From: Eledone cirrhosa
Lineage: Eukaryota
Direction: 5' to 3'
Length of the DNA: 64,000 nucleotides
Assembly (NCBI GenBank): GCA_964016885.1
Contig: OZ024741.1
Coordinates: 385,888,001-385,952,000 of the forward strand
The notes under the pieces were generated by a model. It saw only the letters and a list, made by a program, of their open reading frames with translations. It made no database searches and had not been told where the DNA came from. Positions 57,185-64,000 of this stretch are shown piece after piece. Each line of letters begins with the position of its first letter. The stretch's first letter is position 1. A program made the translations under genes and the position numbers.

Positions 57185-58100
57185 CATCGATATCAAACTG
57201 GATAAACATAGATTTATTCTTATTGCTAATGCTATTAAACCATCTTATTGCTTCTTGGGTCTTCCCCCAGAGTTTAATGTTAACCTTAGCCTTAATTTGG
57301 GGGATGATTCTATCTAAGATATATTTGCTTATTTTACCTATATCTGATTTAGAGGGGCAGATTAATCTTATTTTAGGGTCATTATCAAAGTTTACCTTGT
57401 GGTCCTTAAGATTGAAGGTGGGTACCGCCGGTAAGAGTGGTCCTGTCCTATCTTCGATTCCGAGATTTTTCACTATTTTGCATGCCTCATCATTGATGTG
57501 CTTAAGGGTTACTTCACTCGTTTTTCTATATTGTTTATGTAATTCCGAATGAAGTTGTTGTATGTAGTGCAATCCATAGTGTACAGGTTTGATGTTTTGT
57601 CCGCTTTTACTACAATTCCTTTGGTGTTTTTAAGGTCGTCCAGTAGTTTTTTTATATCTTTCTGTAATTTGCTGTTGGTGTTGCGTCCTTTGAATTTAAT
57701 TTTAAGGATTAAGTTCATAAGGTCCTGCTCAAATGCATCTAATAGTGGGTTGGTGGGTGGGTTTTTACAAGTCCTAAAACCGAATTTGTTGTTTACACCA
57801 CTTTCTAATGTTGAGTTCATACGGCTTCTATCATAGTGGAGCGTTTTCCACCTGACACGTCGAATGAATTCATTAGTTTTTTGAATCATGCTCAATAAAT
57901 ATTCCTTTCTACCTTGGGTTGGTATGTTTTTGAGTGACATATCCAGGTAGTGTTTTTCCATTGTTGTGGTTGCGTTTGCTGTGTGGGTTGCTCGACTTTA
58001 CAGGAGGTAAATATACAGTATTTTCCGTTGTGTTGTAATATAAATATTACACACAGTAGATTATCAGCTCACGTAGAGTTTGCTCGACGGTTCCAGTTGT
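57185..58100 (-). mobile_element. 5' part of a second Penelope-like family, probably Naiad clade (N-terminal domain and start of RT, one frameshift near 57540)
   Basis: SLKNIP..Y...I.K..EFIRRVRWK, FGFRT..PP, FE.DL..LI..IKF, VKADKTSNLY, LKDHK.NF...PKIRLICPSKS.IGKISK.ILD, WF..I..K...FIQFDI. Confidence 0.8.
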
Positions 58101-60297
<2,197 letters not shown>

Positions 60298-63200
60298 TAG
60301 AAGGAGAGGGAAAAGGAAGAGGAGAGAGAAAAGGAGGAGAGCACAAGCACGGACCTGAAAGAAAATGATATACCCTCCACTACAGGCAGGGAGGGCAGGC
60401 CGGGCAACCAACAAGCTAAGGGCAAAGGTGAAAAGCGAAATCACCTTCCGAAGGAGAACCAAGCACAGAGGGACCAGTGGACAACTGTTCAAAGAAAGAA
60501 CAGAAAGCACCGAGACACTGGGAGCAAAAAACCCCAAGTAATGTGCAAGTTTTTCAAGAACGGGACATGCTGGCATGGAGAGACTGGGATGGGATGCAGA
60601 TTCGCCCACCCTAGGTCTCAAACGAACTATGCCCATCATACTCGCGCAACATGCCCCAGCCTAAGCCGAAATAAGCCGCTCCAGAAGTATGCTGATGTCG
60701 CGCGTGCTGCACCAACAAGGAGAAGGCACGCACATGCCGACGAGATACAGATGGCAGCAGCAGATCAGAAAAATTTTTTAGTGATGGCAGAGAAGATTGT
60801 GGGACAGCTGACCTGGCTGCATCGTCTCCAGAGCCAGGGTCATCCACACCAGCACTCAAGACCACCGCAGTTAAGGGACCCAGAGTGGCCGCCGCTGACA
60901 CCAGACCAGGTGTCATACCGACAGCCATTACTGGCACCCCAAAAGTCACACCAGTGCTGCTGCTGAATGTCAGGGGCCTGGTGAAACTCAGCAACATGAG
61001 TAAAATTTCCTACCTGGGAGACTTAGCCATAAGCAATCAAGCACTATGCATGGCACTAACCGAAACGCACCTGACAAGCAGTATAGCAGATGCAGAAATA
61101 CATATACCAAAATATACTGTATTTCGTTCAGACAGGAAGGAGAGAACTCATGGTGGGGTTGCTCTGTATATCCGTGAAGATGTCACACCAATTGTACTGT
61201 TGACACATTCAAAATCAGTCTGTGACACACTGATAATACATATGAAGCAACTACAGACGGTAATATGTGTCACATATCGGCCGCCCGATGCCCCCAGTCA
61301 TGAGGGTAAATTTGAGGATAGCCTAAGTAGGATAGAAGAGGTCCTTGACAAACTGGACCAGGGTCTCAACATCCTACTGCTGGGAGACTTCAACCTACCA
61401 AAGGTCAAATGGCCTGAGGGCCACCTCCTCCCTGGAATGACGTCAATAGAACAGAGACAGACGGAATCCTGCTGGCCCTCACACACAGGCTGTTCATGGA
61501 GCAAGCAATACTCCTCCCAACAAGAGGCGAAAATGTCCTGGACCTCTGTTTTACAAACAACGAAGTGCTCATCCACAATGTAAAGGTGACACCAACAATT
61601 CTCTCGGATCATAACTTGGTAGAGCTAATGATATGTGGTCCAAGAGAACCAACAGAGACAAAACCACCAAGAAGCTCCGGGACGCTATCCAGCCTTAACT
61701 TCTACGGGGCTGACTGGAAGAAGATTAAGAGTGAAATCCGGAAGCAAACATGGAGTGCAAACATCGCCACACAAGACACTAACACACAATTTCAACACTT
61801 CATGACAACGATACACACCATATGCAAAAAGTGTGTCCCGGAGAAAGAGGCAAACAGACACAAAAATCTTATTCCCAGAGATAGGAAAATCCTTATGAGA
61901 CGTAGAACTAAACTCTCAAACCAGTTGAATAGTCAACAAAACCAAAACAAGAAGGAATCCTATTTGAAACGTGCACTACTTGACACCGAGATTGCACTCA
62001 AGCTTTCACATGAGAATGAGAGGGCAAGGAAAGAGAACAGGGCCATAGAAAACATTAAAACAAACCCTAAGGCCTTCTTTAAATTTGCAAAAGAAACTGC
62101 CTCAGTACACTGCAAGATTGGACCACTCTTCCACACGGACGGTTCATTAACCGAAAATCCCCAAGAGATATGTGAAATACTGAACGAACAGTACAAAAGT
62201 GTCTTCACATGTCCACTGAGGCACATGCAAATAACGAAGCCAGAGGAGTTCTTTGATGCCACAACACTACATCAAGAAATGGCAACCATCAACCACATAG
62301 ACATAACGGAGGAGGATGTGGTGTACGCCATTGATGAAATTAGAACAGACTCGGCTGCTGGACCTGATGGATTCCCAGCAGTTCTCCTAAAAATATGTAA
62401 GCGGGCCTTAGCAACTCCACTGAAGATGCTCTTCAGAAGCTCCTTGGCTAGCGGTGTACTACCCAGGGAGCTGAAAGAAGGCACAATATGCCCTATCCAT
62501 AAAGGAGGTAGTAGAGCGGAGGCCAAGAACTATAGGCCAGTCTCCCTGACGTCGCATATCAGTAAGGTCATGGAGCGAGTCGTCAGAAAGAAACTAATCA
62601 CTTTCCTCGAAGAAAATGACCGCCTGACTAGCACGCAACATGGCTTCCGCCCAGGAAGAAGCTGCCTTACACAGCTGCTACATCACTACGACTGGGTACT
62701 GAGACAACTACTAGACAGCTCACATGTAGACGTGATATATCTGGACTTTGCGAAGGCCTTTGACAAGGTCGACCACGGAATGATATGTCACAAACTACAC
62801 GGACTCGGCATAACTGGAAAAGTAGGTGAGTGGCTGCATGGCTTCCTAAGGGACAGAAGCCAGGCAGTCGCAGCAAATGGGGCCCTCTCGAGGGAAACAC
62901 CGATAACAAGTGGGGTGCCTCAGGGGACAGTCCTGGGACCACTACTGTTTTTGGTGGCTCTCTCGGACATGCCCTCTGTGGTGCATGCAACAACATCCCT
63001 CACTAGCTATGCTGATGACACTAAGGTAGCACAGGCAATCAAAAACCCGGCTGACGCTGCCCTCTTACAGCAGGATCTGGATGCCATATACAGATGGGCG
63101 GAAGAAAACAACATGCAGTTTAATGCTGGCAAATTCCAAGCCCTACAATACAAACCTGCAAACACAAACACAAATATAGCAGAACACAGCTACACAGGAC

Positions 63201-63990
63201 CAGGAGGGACCGATATCCCCGTGTCAAAATCGATACGAGACCTGGGCATAGACATGAGCGATGATGCATCTTTTTCTTCACACATCATGAAGGTGGCGAC
63301 AGCATGTAGACGATTCGCTGGCTGGATCTTGAAGACTTTCCTTCCAAGAGATCGAGACACCATGTTGACACTGTGGAGGACTTTTGTCCTAAGCCGCCTG
63401 GACTACTGCTCCCAGCTGTGGTCACCCCATAGTGTCAAACTAACCACAGAGCTTGAGGCAATCCAGCGAAGCTACACCAAGAGGATTGCCAAGATGAGGG
63501 AGACAAGCTACTGGGAGAGGCTGAAGGAACTGAACCTCTACTCCTTGGAGCGAAGACGGGAGAGATACGCAGTGATCTACATGGGGAAAATCCTGGAGGG
63601 ACTAGCACCAAACTTTGGCATTGGGAGCTGGACCAACCGTCGAACAGGACGTCACTGTGTGGTGCCAAAGGTCCCGTCTTCCACATCTAGAATAAGGAGC
63701 AGGTATTGCAATAGCCTGGGATTCAAGGGCACTCAACTCTTCAACAGGCTGCCGAGGCATCTGCGAGAGTTGCATGACGTGGAGGTGGATGTCTTTAAGA
63801 AACATCTCGATACCTTGTTATCCAGGATCCCGGATGAGCCCACAGCAAGACACGAGGGAAACCTAAGGGCAGCAGCAACAAACTCCCTCCTACACCAGTG
63901 GCCAACCTATACAGGCTGGAGATAAAATGTGTAGCAACAAGGGCGGTGCCCCAGCATGGCCTCAGCCGGATGGCTGAAACAGGTAAAAGA
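60298..63990 (+). mobile_element. CR1-group LINE, 5'-truncated in ORF1, with ORF2 (APE and RT) and short 3' UTR, in (TA)n
   Basis: ORF1 frame open 60301-60966 with a CCCH finger. ORF2 motifs LLNVRGL, ALTETHL, HGGVALY, YRPP, LGDFNLP, LDL, SDH, QHGFR, YLDFAKAFDKVDH, SGVPQGTVLGPLLF, YADD, DLGI, LYSLERRRERY. 3' hairpin cagccggatggctg-aaac-taaaaga. Confidence 0.93.
60885..63925 (+). CDS. CR1-group ORF2 (APE endonuclease and RT) broken by a single frameshift near 61468
   Basis: The EN frame (60885-61583) and RT frame (61496-63925) join if one base is restored in acggaatcctgctgg (TESLLALTHRLFMEQ). Confidence 0.85.
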
Positions 63991-64000
63991 ATATATATAT

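Noticed and set aside
56878-57552. ORFs spanning the N run
   Set aside because: They read through an assembly gap and join unrelated elements.

Overview
Eukaryotic, AT-rich, repeat-dense genomic DNA. The SINE types, (TA)n abundance and LINE families suggest a mollusc, most likely an octopus; this is inference. The host gene is VWA8 on the + strand: eight internal exons (705-37486) join in frame with canonical GT/AG sites and match the C-terminal part of VWA8 just upstream of the vWA domain. Everything else is intron. The introns contain: a full-length intact-ORF RTE-clade LINE with a PHD finger inside its RT region, plus truncated and degenerate relatives; a near-intact CR1-group LINE; three Penelope-like elements (two GIY-YIG copies in inverted orientation and a probable Naiad 5' end); several PLE-type minimal hammerhead ribozymes, one a U3-A8 variant stranded in a microsatellite; a mariner; a deleted LTR element; a CRE-like RLE relic; two tRNA-derived SINE families; a ~9 kb C/A-rich two-unit minisatellite; and a ~17 kb (TA)nAG microsatellite nest that most young elements have inserted into. 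A 200-N assembly gap lies at 56985-57184.
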